Notes: generated by a model not told the origin, from the sequence alone. Shown: positions 20,264 through 30,792, counted from the first letter of the stretch. The stretch is DNA of 64,000 nt from Planctomycetota bacterium (GCA_965223845.1 CBDCXR010000004.1:3232001-3296000); one strand, 5' to 3'. Numbers and translations: made by a program.

Positions 20264-22057
20264 TCACTCGGAGTCGGTCGCGCTCGCGCGAGATTCGACT
20301 CCAAACCGCTTGCGAATCCACGCGTAGACGAGGTCCCGGTGCTCGTCGCCCACGCGATGCCGCTCGTGGGGATAAACGCGGAAGCTCTTCTCGGCGCGGA
20401 CGCGATTGTACGCCGCGAACACCGTCGCCGCGGGACACACGTCGTCCTGGAGACCGACGCCCATGAAGACGGGGCAGTCGATCCACGGGGCCAAGTTCAT
20501 CGCATCGAAATAGCTCAACGTCGCGAGCGTGGTCGCCCAGGTGCGTTCGCTCCGCGCAGCGATCCAATCGTTCATCTCCGGCCACTCGGTGAGCTCGAAG
20601 TAGTTCACCCAATCGCAGAGAAACGGGATGTCCGGGGCACAAAGTGCGATGCGCGAGTCGAGCGCCGCTGTCGCGAAGCTCAGGCCACCGCCTTGGCTGG
20701 CCCCGATGATCGCGATGCGCTCGGGGTCGACCTCGGATCTCGAGACGAGATAATCGACCGCCCGAACACAGTCGAGAAACGCGCCGCGGTAGAAATAGTC
20801 ATTCTTGTCATCGAGACCACGGATCCAGTAGTCGACCGGTTCGCCGCTGACATCCTCTTGGCTGTTTCCGTGAGCTCGCACATTGAACGAAAAGACGACC
20901 ATGTCGTCGAAGCGGCGAACGGGACGCATCTCCTCCCCGTATCCGGGGACTCGAAGAACGGCGGGATAGCGACCGGGCGCGAGTGGTGTCTCGTACCAAC
21001 CACGCACTCGCACACCACCGAGACTCCGCATCTCGACCTCGTACAGTTTCCGCGTCGTGGTGTCTTTGGAATCACGCTCCGTGACGCGAAACTCGGGGGC
21101 GACAGCTCGGAGTTCCTCCATGGATCGAGTCCAGAACGAACGCAGATCGGAACGCGCGGTGGGCGGGACGACGATCTGTTCCGGCGCGAATCCGAAGAGC
21201 ATCGAGTGAGACAGCTCGCCGTCCCCACCGTCGAATCGGCAGCGAACCCGATAGAAGCCCGGCGCCGGCGGTGGGCAGCGAAAGACGAAGCTAGCGCTCC
21301 CGGGCTCGAGCGTCCGAGCCGACGAATCCTCCGCGACGAGAACGCCCGCATCGGTCTCGACCGTCCAGTGGACACGCCCGCGAACGTTGGTCCGCGACGC
21401 GCATTCGACCGCGGCCGCAAACGCCATCGGTGACCCGGCGGGAAAGATCCCGTCCTCGACGGACCCGCGGATCCGAAGCGAGGTCAGGTCGGTCCACGAA
21501 CAAACGCCGAGCGTATACGGTCCGCGGTAGAGTCCACCACCGCGGACGAGATCGAAGACGCGGATCGCGAGGACGTTTTCCCTTCCCCATCGGATGTGAC
21601 CGGGATCGACGAGGTACCGGCGTTCCTCCTCCCAGCGAGTCACCGGGGCGGGCGGAAAGGATCCCGTCGAACCGATCCGCTTTCCATTGAGCCACGTCTC
21701 GTCCACGTCGTCGATCGCTCCCAGCCGAAAGACGAGCTTTCGCTGTCGCGCGAGGCGAGGATCCGTCTCCCACGCAGCGGGAACGCGAAATCGGACGCGA
21801 TACCAAGCGAATCCGTCGTAATCGCGATGACCGGCAGCTTCCCAGGTGCGACCGACCTCGATCGCCTCCCACGCGGAATCGTCGTACGACGGTATCGCCC
21901 AGCGGACGTCGTCACCCCGCGCGAACTTCCACCCTCGCGAGAGATCGAGTTCGAGACGGCCGTCGGGGAGTGCACCCGTCGGCGATTCGGTTTCGACTGC
22001 GAGTGCGGCACTCGCGATCGTGCAAACAAGGATTTCAGCGAGTACGCTTCTCAGCAT
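20264..22057 (-). CDS. Acetylxylan esterase (CE7-like) with N-terminal GH2-type sugar-binding jelly-roll domain
   Basis: Signal peptide; GWKF..GDD, YDGFAWYR, LGAIDDVDETWLNG; esterase motifs FYRGAFLDCVRAVD, GASQGGGL, GLQDDVCP, C-terminal His. Confidence 0.88.
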   Translation of the reverse strand: MLRSVLAEILVCTIASAALAVETESPTGALPDGRLELDLSRGWKFARGDDVRWAIPSYDDSAWEAIEVGRTWEAAGHRDYDGFAWYRVRFRVPAAWETDPRLARQRKLVFRLGAIDDVDETWLNGKRIGSTGSFPPAPVTRWEEERRYLVDPGHIRWGRENVLAIRVFDLVRGGGLYRGPYTLGVCSWTDLTSLRIRGSVEDGIFPAGSPMAFAAAVECASRTNVRGRVHWTVETDAGVLVAEDSSARTLEPGSASFVFRCPPPAPGFYRVRCRFDGGDGELSHSMLFGFAPEQIVVPPTARSDLRSFWTRSMEELRAVAPEFRVTERDSKDTTTRKLYEVEMRSLGGVRVRGWYETPLAPGRYPAVLRVPGYGEEMRPVRRFDDMVVFSFNVRAHGNSQEDVSGEPVDYWIRGLDDKNDYFYRGAFLDCVRAVDYLVSRSEVDPERIAIIGASQGGGLSFATAALDSRIALCAPDIPFLCDWVNYFELTEWPEMNDWIAARSERTWATTLATLSYFDAMNLAPWIDCPVFMGVGLQDDVCPAATVFAAYNRVRAEKSFRVYPHERHRVGDEHRDLVYAWIRKRFGVESRASATDSE

Positions 22058-22128
22058 CGTTCGGTGACCGTCGTCGGAGCGCGTGAACCCCCCTTGCCGA
22101 AGATACGAACCACGAAGAAGGAGCGGCA

Positions 22129-24093
22129 GTGAATTCCTCCGCCGCCAAGATCCGATTGTCCGGAACGCGCGGGTTCGTGGTAGCGCTCAGACTCGGATTC
22201 GCCCTTTGGTTGCTCGCTCGAGCGGCCACGGAGGCGCGTTCCGACGAGAGCGACGTAAGCAGGATTTCGACCGTTGCGACTCCCCCGGCGTGGGCCGCGG
22301 ATGCGATCTGGTACCAGATCTTCGTCGAGCGATTTCGGAACGGCGATCCAAAGAACGATCCCCGTCCGAAGGATATCCGCGGAGCGTGGCCGCATCTCGC
22401 TCCGGCCGGGTGGCGGACCACACCTTGGGGGCAGGATTGGTACCACCGCGCGGAGTGGGAAGACAGCACTGGACAAGACTTCTACACGACCGTCGCCGCC
22501 CGTCGATACGGCGGAGATCTCCAGGGCGTCCTCGACCGACTCGATGACCTGGTCGATCTCGGCATCAATGCGATCTACTTGAATCCGATCAACGACAGTC
22601 CGTCGCTTCACAAGTACGACTGCCGCTCGTGGCGCCATATCGATCGCAACTTCGGCCCCGATCCCGACGGCGACCAACGCGTGGCGGAGACGGAATCTCC
22701 CGACGACCCCACCACCTGGAAGTGGACCGCCGCCGACCGGCTCTTTCTCGCTCTCATCGGCGAGGCGCACGCGCGCGGAATCCGCATCATCATGGACTAC
22801 AGCTTCAATCACACCGGTGCGTCGTTCTGGGCGTGGCGCGACGTCGTTTCCCGCCAGCGAGAATCAGCATACGCCTCTTGGTATGCTGTCGAGCAGTTCG
22901 ATCATCCCGATACGCCAGAGAACGAATTCCGCTACCGCGGATGGGCCGGCGTACGAGAGCTCCCCGAGCTACGGAAAATCGGTCCCACGGCGGAGGAACG
23001 AGGGGAACCTCGGGAAGGAGATCTCGATCCCGCGGTGAAGCGGCACGTGTTCGCCGTCGTACGCCGCTGGCTCGACCCCAACGGCGACGGCGATCCGTCG
23101 GACGGTGTCGACGGGTTTCGACTCGATGTCGCCGAGCTCGTGCCGATCGGATTCTGGAGAGACTTTCGTGCTCACGTCAAGTCAATCCAACCCGATGCCT
23201 ACCTCGTCGCGGAGCTGTGGTGGGAAGAGTGGCCCGACCGTCTTCTCGACCCTTCGCCTTGGCTCCGCGGCGACGTTTTCGACGCCGCGATGAACTACCG
23301 GTGGTACGTACCCGTGCGGAGTTTTGTCGCGCGGGCACCGCCGGAACTCCATTCGCGCGAGCTCGCGCAGCAGTTGTTAGCCGTCACGGACGTCGGATCA
23401 CGAGCGTTCGCTGGCGCTATGATGAACGTCGCGGCGACTCACGACACCCCGCGACTCGCGACGTCTCTCTTCAACTCTGGAAAGTACAAGTTCCGAGTGA
23501 GTCCGAAGACGAATCCCGACTACCGCTTCGGTCGACCCGACGCAAAGACGCGCGCTCTTCAGCGACTCGTACTCGTGGTTCAGTTCACCTGGCTCGGTGC
23601 GCCGCACATTTGGTACGGAGACGAAGTCGGGATGTGGGGAGCGGATGACCCAGACTGCCGAAAGCCGATGGTTTGGGAAGACCTCGTCTACGAGGATGAA
23701 TCACGAGGACCGAACGGCGGGACTCGACCGGCCGAGTCCGTCGCCGCGGACCGAGAGCTGCGTGCGCACTACCGAACTCTCGCCCGGATTCGGCGAACAC
23801 ACGCTTCGCTCTTTCGCAGTGGAGCTATCGAGATCCGTGAGGAGGAAACTCGGGACGACGACGTCTTCGTTTTCCACCGGAGGTCGACAAAGGAACATGC
23901 CGTCATCGCCATCAACCGCGGCTCGAGTCCGAAGACGGTGGCGCTGCGCTTCGAGCGCGGCCACGACTATGCGGACGCTTTGGATCCCGAGTTTGAACGC
24001 CGATCTGCGGGTCCGAATTCGGCGGTGCGAATCGAGCCACTGGGGGCTCGGATCCTCCTGCGACGACCGAGCGCGGCATCGATCGGGGAATAG
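22129..24093 (+). CDS. Glycoside hydrolase family 13 (neopullulanase/cyclomaltodextrinase-like), probably exported
   Basis: WYQIFVERFRNGD, YGGDLQG, LGINAIYLNP, MDYSFNH, DGFRLDVAE, VAELW, ATHDT, WYGDEVGM, DPDCRKPM. Confidence 0.93.
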   Translation: MNSSAAKIRLSGTRGFVVALRLGFALWLLARAATEARSDESDVSRISTVATPPAWAADAIWYQIFVERFRNGDPKNDPRPKDIRGAWPHLAPAGWRTTPWGQDWYHRAEWEDSTGQDFYTTVAARRYGGDLQGVLDRLDDLVDLGINAIYLNPINDSPSLHKYDCRSWRHIDRNFGPDPDGDQRVAETESPDDPTTWKWTAADRLFLALIGEAHARGIRIIMDYSFNHTGASFWAWRDVVSRQRESAYASWYAVEQFDHPDTPENEFRYRGWAGVRELPELRKIGPTAEERGEPREGDLDPAVKRHVFAVVRRWLDPNGDGDPSDGVDGFRLDVAELVPIGFWRDFRAHVKSIQPDAYLVAELWWEEWPDRLLDPSPWLRGDVFDAAMNYRWYVPVRSFVARAPPELHSRELAQQLLAVTDVGSRAFAGAMMNVAATHDTPRLATSLFNSGKYKFRVSPKTNPDYRFGRPDAKTRALQRLVLVVQFTWLGAPHIWYGDEVGMWGADDPDCRKPMVWEDLVYEDESRGPNGGTRPAESVAADRELRAHYRTLARIRRTHASLFRSGAIEIREEETRDDDVFVFHRRSTKEHAVIAINRGSSPKTVALRFERGHDYADALDPEFERRSAGPNSAVRIEPLGARILLRRPSAASIGE

Positions 24094-24096
24094 AAA

Positions 24097-26568
24097 CTAC
24101 GTGGAGGTCTCGGTTTCCATCGAACGTGCGTCTTCAAACGTGTTGCCCCCGCCTTCTCGACCACACTCGATGCCGACCGCGGCGGTGAGGTGCGACGCCA
24201 CGGCCGAGAGCAGTTTTTCGGAGTCCAGCGGCTTCTCGACGTGGGCGTTCATTCCGGCTTCGAGGCAGCGCCGACGATCTCCCTCGAAAGCATTCGCGGT
24301 CAGCGCGATCACCGGGATTGGCGCGCCGGATCGAGAATAGCCCCCGTCGAGTTTCTCGAGCCGGCGGATCTCGCGCGTCGCATCGCCTCCTTCCATGACG
24401 GGCATCATCCAGTCCATGAGGACGAGGTCGAACCTTCGCGTCCGTACGGCCTCGACCGCCTCCGCCCCGTTCTCCACCGTTTCGAAATCGAATCCGTGCG
24501 CAGCGAGGAGCTCGGTCGCGACAAACCGATTGATCTCGTTGTCTTCTGCGATGAGGATTCGGTGCTCGTGCGGAGAGATCGAGCCCGCGCTGTCGTGGTC
24601 GCGGGTCGGCGCATCCGAATCGGATCCCTCGCACGCGTCGGGAGATAGAGCTCGCTTCAGCACGGCGATCAGCTCCGACTCTCGCACGGGTTTCATCAGA
24701 CCTAGAGAGCCGTCGTCGGAATCCTGAGTCGTCACGCCTCTGTCTGCGATCGAATGCTGGACAACAAGGGTGACCTTTGAGTCGGCGGTAAGAGTTCGAA
24801 GATCTGTGTAAGAAGGCGGGCTCAGGTGGTCAACATCGGCGAGGACAACGTCGTAGAGATCGTTGGCCTGAGACGCCGCGACGATCCGTTCTCGGGCATC
24901 CGCATTCGAATCCGCCACGTCGGCCTCGAGTCCCAGGTACTTTAGACGCCGGCAAAGGACGGCTCGCCTCTTGCCGGGGCCATCGACGATCAATGCGCGT
25001 GCGCCCAGGATTTCGCTCGGGATTCGACGCCGAATTGACTTGGCTGGAAGAGTGGTGGGAACGGAAAACCAAAACTCAGTACCTTTTCCGAGCTCGCTTT
25101 CGACTCCGATGCGTCCGCCCATGAGGTTGACTAGACGCGAGCAGATCGCGAGGCCGAGTCCGGTGCCGCCGAACTGTCGCGTGGTCGAAGCGTCGACCTG
25201 AGAGAACGACTCGAAGACCTCGTTGAGTCGATTCGGCGGGATTCCGATGCCCGAGTCTACGACCGCGACTTGGATCAATTGGCGAGAAGCGCGGACACGG
25301 ATCAACACGAACCCTTCAGCAGTGAACTTGATCGCGTTGTTGAGAAGATTCGAGACGATCTGGCCAAATCGTTGCGGATCGCCGCGCAACTCGTAAGGGA
25401 CTCTCGCCCCGACGTCACACAGTAGATCGAGGTTCTTTCGCGCCGCGAGAGGCGCGAATCGCGCGAGGACGTCTTCGATGATGACGCGAGGCTCGAAATC
25501 GATGGATTCCAGATCCAGCTTGCCCGCTTCGATCTTCGAGAAGTCGAGAATATCGTTGAGAACCGTGAGCAGCGCTTCCGCCGACGATCGAATGACATCC
25601 GCGTAGCGCCGCTGGAGAGGGCTCAGACTCGTGCGGAGCAACAAATCGTTCGTTCCCGTCACACCATTCAGAGGAGTGCGGATCTCGTGACTCATGTTCG
25701 CGAGAAACTCGCTCTTCGCCTGGCTCGCGGCTTCGAGCTGAGCGCTGGTCTCGCGCAGCTCCTCGAGGAGTTCGTCCTTGTGAGCGTTGGTGTTGGCGAG
25801 GGATTCTGCCATTTCGTTGAACGTCGAAGCGAGCGCGCCGATTTCATCGGCCGTCGTCGGTGTCATACGCCCGTCGAACTCTCCGCGCGCGATCTTGCGG
25901 GCTCCCGACGTCAGCTCGCGAATCGGTCGCGCCAGATTCCGCGAAACCAAAAGAATCACGGCTGCGGAAGCCACGAACGCGGCCAAGCCGAGCCCGATCC
26001 AGATGCGCATGAGGAACTCCCGCTGCGCGATCCATCTCTCGGTGGAGAGCGCGATGAAAACTTCGCCGATGACTTCCGCCTCTTTCGTCGGCCGCTCCCA
26101 GTTGAGCGCCGCTGCGAATTCGTCCTCCGATGAATCCTCGAGCACTGACACGACGGGAGCGCTAAACGAATGCACCCCAGAGTCGATTCCTCGTGAGGCG
26201 CCGTCGTCGACATCCCGACGAGCGAGCTCGACGATCTCACCGTCCTGAAGGAGAATTCGTCCCGAGCGATCCGAGATGCGGACGAACTTCACGTCGCGAT
26301 CGCGAAACGCGCCGAGCGTCGCCGCCTCGAGTAGCTCCGTGTTCTCAGAGAACACGGCGAGCTCCGACTCCTTCGCGACGTGCTGAACGAGGTTGTTGCC
26401 GCGGTGGATAAACTCGTACTCGAGTTGTGCGTCCTGGTACTCGATGCTCACGAGCGCCACTCCGATGATCGCGCCGAGAAATACCGGCGTCGTCGCCCAG
26501 AACACTCGTCCGGCGAACGAGGATCGAGGATCGAGGAGTCGAAGATGGCGAAGCGCAATTCCAAGCAT
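24097..26568 (-). CDS. Hybrid sensor histidine kinase (2 TM, HAMP, HisKA/HATPase, degenerate REC, intact REC)
   Basis: DEIGALASTFN, FLANMSHEIRTPLNG, NLLNNAIKFT, DSGIGI, GGTGLGL; C-terminal ILIAEDN...LMDWMMP...EKP. Confidence 0.95.
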   Translation of the reverse strand: MLGIALRHLRLLDPRSSFAGRVFWATTPVFLGAIIGVALVSIEYQDAQLEYEFIHRGNNLVQHVAKESELAVFSENTELLEAATLGAFRDRDVKFVRISDRSGRILLQDGEIVELARRDVDDGASRGIDSGVHSFSAPVVSVLEDSSEDEFAAALNWERPTKEAEVIGEVFIALSTERWIAQREFLMRIWIGLGLAAFVASAAVILLVSRNLARPIRELTSGARKIARGEFDGRMTPTTADEIGALASTFNEMAESLANTNAHKDELLEELRETSAQLEAASQAKSEFLANMSHEIRTPLNGVTGTNDLLLRTSLSPLQRRYADVIRSSAEALLTVLNDILDFSKIEAGKLDLESIDFEPRVIIEDVLARFAPLAARKNLDLLCDVGARVPYELRGDPQRFGQIVSNLLNNAIKFTAEGFVLIRVRASRQLIQVAVVDSGIGIPPNRLNEVFESFSQVDASTTRQFGGTGLGLAICSRLVNLMGGRIGVESELGKGTEFWFSVPTTLPAKSIRRRIPSEILGARALIVDGPGKRRAVLCRRLKYLGLEADVADSNADARERIVAASQANDLYDVVLADVDHLSPPSYTDLRTLTADSKVTLVVQHSIADRGVTTQDSDDGSLGLMKPVRESELIAVLKRALSPDACEGSDSDAPTRDHDSAGSISPHEHRILIAEDNEINRFVATELLAAHGFDFETVENGAEAVEAVRTRRFDLVLMDWMMPVMEGGDATREIRRLEKLDGGYSRSGAPIPVIALTANAFEGDRRRCLEAGMNAHVEKPLDSEKLLSAVASHLTAAVGIECGREGGGNTFEDARSMETETST

Positions 26569-26609
26569 GCGAATTCAGTCGTCGGATATCCGTATCTGCG
26601 ATCGAACCG

Positions 26610-27857
26610 TCAGAACGCGAGCTCGACTCCTCCGCTCAGGATGAAATCGGGAAGCAGGCCGTCGTCGCGGAGGAGCGGAACGACTCCGCTGATGTTGAGG
26701 AGGACTCGCTCGGCGACTGCGAACCTCGCGCCGATCGCTCCGTCGAGGTGATCGTCTCCAACATGGTCACCGCTGTGCTCCCACCGCCCCAAGACGCCCG
26801 CGCTCACGGTCACTCGGGGGTGGAGCCAGACATCGAATCCGGCGACGTAGCGGAGGTTGCTCCGCTCGAAATCGGTCGGGGACCATTCGTACCCCACGTT
26901 GAGATGAGGTGTGAATCGCCCAAAGCTCTTCGACGCGAGGAAGACCGCTTGGAGAAACAGCTCATCCGTCCCCAAGAGGTCGTCCGCGTCCCCCACCGGA
27001 AGCGTGATCTGCCCACCGACCGCGAGATCGGGAAGAGTCTCACTCATCCGTAGGAGACTGTATTTGGAGCGGAGGAGGACATCTCCGATCCCGGTTGCGT
27101 GGCGTCGCTTGGTCGATACGGGGCTCTCCGTCGACGGATCGAAGAAATGCGGTGACGGCGTGGCCGGCGTCGGATCCACAATCGTGGCCACCGATCGCGC
27201 TCTCGCTTCGACGTGAATGACCGGCACGATGATCCCGACGTCCCAATCGTCGGTCAGACCGTAGTTCGCAAAGAGGGCGAAAATGTCCTGACTGAGCTCG
27301 AGATCGACGTTGAGATGCACTTCGTCCAGCTCGAAATCGAGGAGGGGTCCGCCGGGAAACGGAACGAAGGGGGCGAGTTGGCCATCTCCGTTCGCATCCG
27401 GATGACTGAGAACCACCGACAGATCATCGAGGTCGTCTCCTTCGAACCTCTTGTAGTCGATCCGCGAATAGGAAAAGCCGATCGTCAACGTATTCGAACC
27501 GAGTGTCCGCGCGATATTGCCTAGCAGCGGACCGAGACTTTCCGTAGTTCGAACCGGAAGCCCCGTCTCGAGATCGATCGTGAACGCCGGCGAGACGGCG
27601 TTGAAGGCGAACAGACCGGTGTCGGAACCGATCGCGGCACCGAGGTCGTCGAGTCCTTGAAGCGAACGCGCGGTGAAGTGAGCGTCGTGACCGAATCCGC
27701 TCGCTTGGCTGAGGGTGATTCCGTCACCTCCGTAGAGATCGCGGATGATGTCGGCGACATCGCCAGCGTCGCCGCGATTCGGAAGCAGCATGCCGATCGC
27801 GACGACCCCGCAGACGCAGAGCATCACTCGATATCCCCCCGGAGGTACTGCAAGCAT
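26610..27857 (-). CDS. Putative outer-membrane beta-barrel (transporter / MetA-pathway-like)
   Basis: Signal-like N-terminus; NYGLTDDWDVG, GIGDVLLRSKY, LPVGD..DLLGT, PHLNVGY; ends in aromatic Phe (VELAF). Confidence 0.75.
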   Translation of the reverse strand: MLAVPPGGYRVMLCVCGVVAIGMLLPNRGDAGDVADIIRDLYGGDGITLSQASGFGHDAHFTARSLQGLDDLGAAIGSDTGLFAFNAVSPAFTIDLETGLPVRTTESLGPLLGNIARTLGSNTLTIGFSYSRIDYKRFEGDDLDDLSVVLSHPDANGDGQLAPFVPFPGGPLLDFELDEVHLNVDLELSQDIFALFANYGLTDDWDVGIIVPVIHVEARARSVATIVDPTPATPSPHFFDPSTESPVSTKRRHATGIGDVLLRSKYSLLRMSETLPDLAVGGQITLPVGDADDLLGTDELFLQAVFLASKSFGRFTPHLNVGYEWSPTDFERSNLRYVAGFDVWLHPRVTVSAGVLGRWEHSGDHVGDDHLDGAIGARFAVAERVLLNISGVVPLLRDDGLLPDFILSGGVELAF

Positions 27858-27871
27858 GAATCACTCCGAGT

Positions 27872-28885
27872 TCATTCGATCCTTCGAAACACTTTCGAGC
27901 GGAATTCCCGCGACACCGAGAGCCCCAGCTTTCTCGCGGATTTCAAATTGAGAATGATCTTGGTCTTGCGCGCGAACGACGAGCATTCCGAATCGATCGA
28001 TTCGCCTTCGAGCACCGAGTTCGCGATCTCGCCGGCGTGCGACCCGAGATCGCCCACGTCGGCAAACGACACCGCTAGCGTGGCTCCCATCTCTGCATGA
28101 GCATCGGAGAGTCCGACGACGGGCACCTTGGCCCGGAACGCGACTAGGAGGATCTGCCTCACGATTCGCTTTTCGAGCACGTGGGGATCCGGCGCGACCC
28201 AGAACGCGTCCATCCGATCGCTCCGAAGAGCGTTCAAGGCTCTCAAGACGTCCTTGCGCCCGGAAATTCGCCGAGCGATGAGTTCGATTCCGAGCTCATT
28301 CGCGACGCCCTTCGCTTTCGCGATGAGGTGCGCGGTGTGTTCCGTCGAGTAGAAGGTCACGATCCTTCTCACCGACGGATCGACCTCGCGAAGCGCGCGA
28401 AACGTGTCGCCGGGAGCGACGTTCATGCTCGTCCCGCAGAAGGGAACGCCCGCTTTCGAGCGGGGCCCGCTCGCAGGATTGACCACCATCGTGTAAACGA
28501 CGGGAATTCGCGACTGGCGTTCGACCGCGACGTCGAGAGCCCACGGTCCAACCGCGAGGATGAGATCCGGCTTGTCGTCGTCGACGATCCTCTGAATCAG
28601 GCGTCGACCGCGATCGAGGTCCCCGCGCATGTCGTGCACGCTCTTCACTCGGTGACGGCAGGTGCGCTTGAATGCGTCGACGGCGAGGCGGTAGGACGGC
28701 GCCGGCGCGCTCAGCAGCACAGAGACCTCGGCGGCCGCTGCGGTCCGAGCGAGCACCAGCGGCAGACACAGCACGGCGAGCGCTTTAAGCCGACGCCGGC
28801 GGCCTCCTCGCCGATGGACTCGATTCCTCGCGACGGCACTTCGTTCCGAAGAATCTCCCTCTAGTACCGGAACGCCGCCTCCCAC
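27872..28885 (-). CDS. ABC-type substrate-binding-like protein (ABC_sub_bind family)
   Basis: KPDLILAVG, IPVVYTMVVNP, DAFWVAPD, KVPVVG, GATLA, IILNLKSARKLGL. Start uncertain (GTG28885 or ATG28966). Confidence 0.8.
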   Translation of the reverse strand: MGGGVPVLEGDSSERSAVARNRVHRRGGRRRRLKALAVLCLPLVLARTAAAAEVSVLLSAPAPSYRLAVDAFKRTCRHRVKSVHDMRGDLDRGRRLIQRIVDDDKPDLILAVGPWALDVAVERQSRIPVVYTMVVNPASGPRSKAGVPFCGTSMNVAPGDTFRALREVDPSVRRIVTFYSTEHTAHLIAKAKGVANELGIELIARRISGRKDVLRALNALRSDRMDAFWVAPDPHVLEKRIVRQILLVAFRAKVPVVGLSDAHAEMGATLAVSFADVGDLGSHAGEIANSVLEGESIDSECSSFARKTKIILNLKSARKLGLSVSREFRSKVFRRIE

Positions 28886-29650
28886 GGGAAGCGGTCGCTC
28901 CCCGAGGCAGAGGACAGAGCGAGCTCGTGCGAGCGGCGGCCGGCAGATCGGCGCGAGGGATACCATCGAAAGCGATTCTCGCCATGCTTCTCCCCCCGCG
29001 TAGAACCTGGTGCGACTCAACGATACGTCGTCCCTCCATCGAGCGGAACTGTAGCGGGGTTCGTCCCCATTTGTGGAAACGCTTCGGCGGGCAGCGGGCG
29101 TTTGTTCCGAGGTGATCGCGCGCACGATTTCCGAGGGAGGCCGCCGCGTTCAAGTACCGAGAACTCGAATCAGTAAGGGTCGTTCAGCTTCCGAGCGGCG
29201 AAGCGTGCGGAGCGATCGCGGCGTCCGGCTCGAGCGTCGCTCGAGGACGAAGTCGACCAGCCCTCGGGATACGAGTACGGACGGTGAGGACGGCACACGC
29301 GTTGGGCGCCGTCTCAACCGTTGGTCAGGTGATCGCGGGGGACGAGCGCCGCGGAGAAAACCGATCGACACGACTTTCGAATCGAGCGGGTCGAGGAGAG
29401 TTCGGTGGGCCCTTTCTGGAACGTCGCCGCTCTCGGGTGATTTCCCGATCACAAGGAGTTTCTCGGCCCACGGTCCGTGTCGGATCGGAACTCCGTCCCA
29501 GCGTCTCGACCGCGCGCGTCGCAGGACTAAGGGGAGACCTCGCGTGAGATCACCGGCGCTCGAGGACCATTTGTTTTCGCTCTCGGTGCGGATATCCTGA
29601 CGCACTGACTGCTCGATCCTCCGCCGTCGTTCTCGAGAGACACCTTCACC

Positions 29651-30790
29651 ATGGGCCGAGAAGATTTCCGCGATCCCCGCCGCGAGTTTTCGCGCCCGTT
29701 CGAGCGCCGAACGCGACCGAGGCCCTCGATCTCCACGATCGTTCGCGCGGGCGCGGCGATCGTGTTCGCGGCTTTGCTCGTCGCGGGCTCCGTGACGAGC
29801 TTCTACACCGTCGATGCCGACGAGGTCGCTGTCGTCCTCCGATTCGGCAAGTACCTCGAGACGACCGAGCCGGGGCTTCATTTCAAGATCCCGTTCGGAG
29901 TCGACACGATCACCTCGGTCAAGGTGAATCGCATTCACAAGGAGGAGTTCGGCTTTCGTACCGTTTCAGCCGGTCAGCGCACGCGATACTCGCAGCAGGA
30001 GTTCGACGACGAGTCGTTGATGCTCACCGCCGATCTGAGCATCGCCGACGTGGAGTGGATCGTTCAGTACAAGATCAGCGATCCGTACAAGTACCTCTTC
30101 CGCGTCAAGAACCTCACCGCAGACGGGAATTCATCGACGCTTCGGGACGTCACCGAGTCTGCGATGCGCCTCGCGGTCGGCGACCACAGCATCGACGAGG
30201 TGATCGCGCTCAAGCGCCCGGAGATCGCCGCGGAGGTCCGCCGGAGAATCCAAGAAAACCTCGACCTCTACGACGCGGGACTCGAAGTCGTCACCGTCGA
30301 ACTCCAAGACATCAATCCTCCGCTCCAAGTGCGGGACTCGTTCAACGAGGTCAACCGCGCCATTCAGGAGAAGCAGACGAGCATCAACGAAGCTCGCCGC
30401 GATTGGAACAAGGAGATTCCGGCCGCTACAGGAGAAGCGATGCAGATGATCGAAGCCGCGGAGGGATACAAGACGCGCCGAGTGAACGAATCGCGCGGTG
30501 ATGTCGCGCGCTTCAGCCTGCTTCTCACCGAGTACGAGAAAGCGAAGGATGTGACTCGGGCACGACTCTATCTCGAGACGCTCGAGGACGTGCTTCCGTT
30601 GATCTCGCAGGTCTACGTCGTAGACGACGAGCAGTCCGGCCCGCTCCAGGTCCTCGACCTCAAGGCGGCGGCGGCGAGGCGCGCCGGAGCGAGTACTCCG
30701 CCTCGGACGCCGCAACCAACGCCGAGGGCGAGCACAACGCGTCGCCCTAACCCGGTGCGGCCGGCGGCTCGAACGCAGGGGGGGAGATAG
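29651..30790 (+). CDS. hflK: FtsH protease modulator HflK
   Basis: SPFH: VVLRFGKY..PGLHFKIPFG, MLTAD, VEWIVQYKI, PPLQVRDSFNEVNRA, VTRARLYLETLE. Confidence 0.93.
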   Translation: MGREDFRDPRREFSRPFERRTRPRPSISTIVRAGAAIVFAALLVAGSVTSFYTVDADEVAVVLRFGKYLETTEPGLHFKIPFGVDTITSVKVNRIHKEEFGFRTVSAGQRTRYSQQEFDDESLMLTADLSIADVEWIVQYKISDPYKYLFRVKNLTADGNSSTLRDVTESAMRLAVGDHSIDEVIALKRPEIAAEVRRRIQENLDLYDAGLEVVTVELQDINPPLQVRDSFNEVNRAIQEKQTSINEARRDWNKEIPAATGEAMQMIEAAEGYKTRRVNESRGDVARFSLLLTEYEKAKDVTRARLYLETLEDVLPLISQVYVVDDEQSGPLQVLDLKAAAARRAGASTPPRTPQPTPRASTTRRPNPVRPAARTQGGR

Positions 30791-30792
30791 TC

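Noticed and set aside
29291-29305. Sigma54-like CGGCACACGCGTTGG in the hflK upstream region
   Set aside because: The -12 dinucleotide is GG, and the site is far from the start codon.
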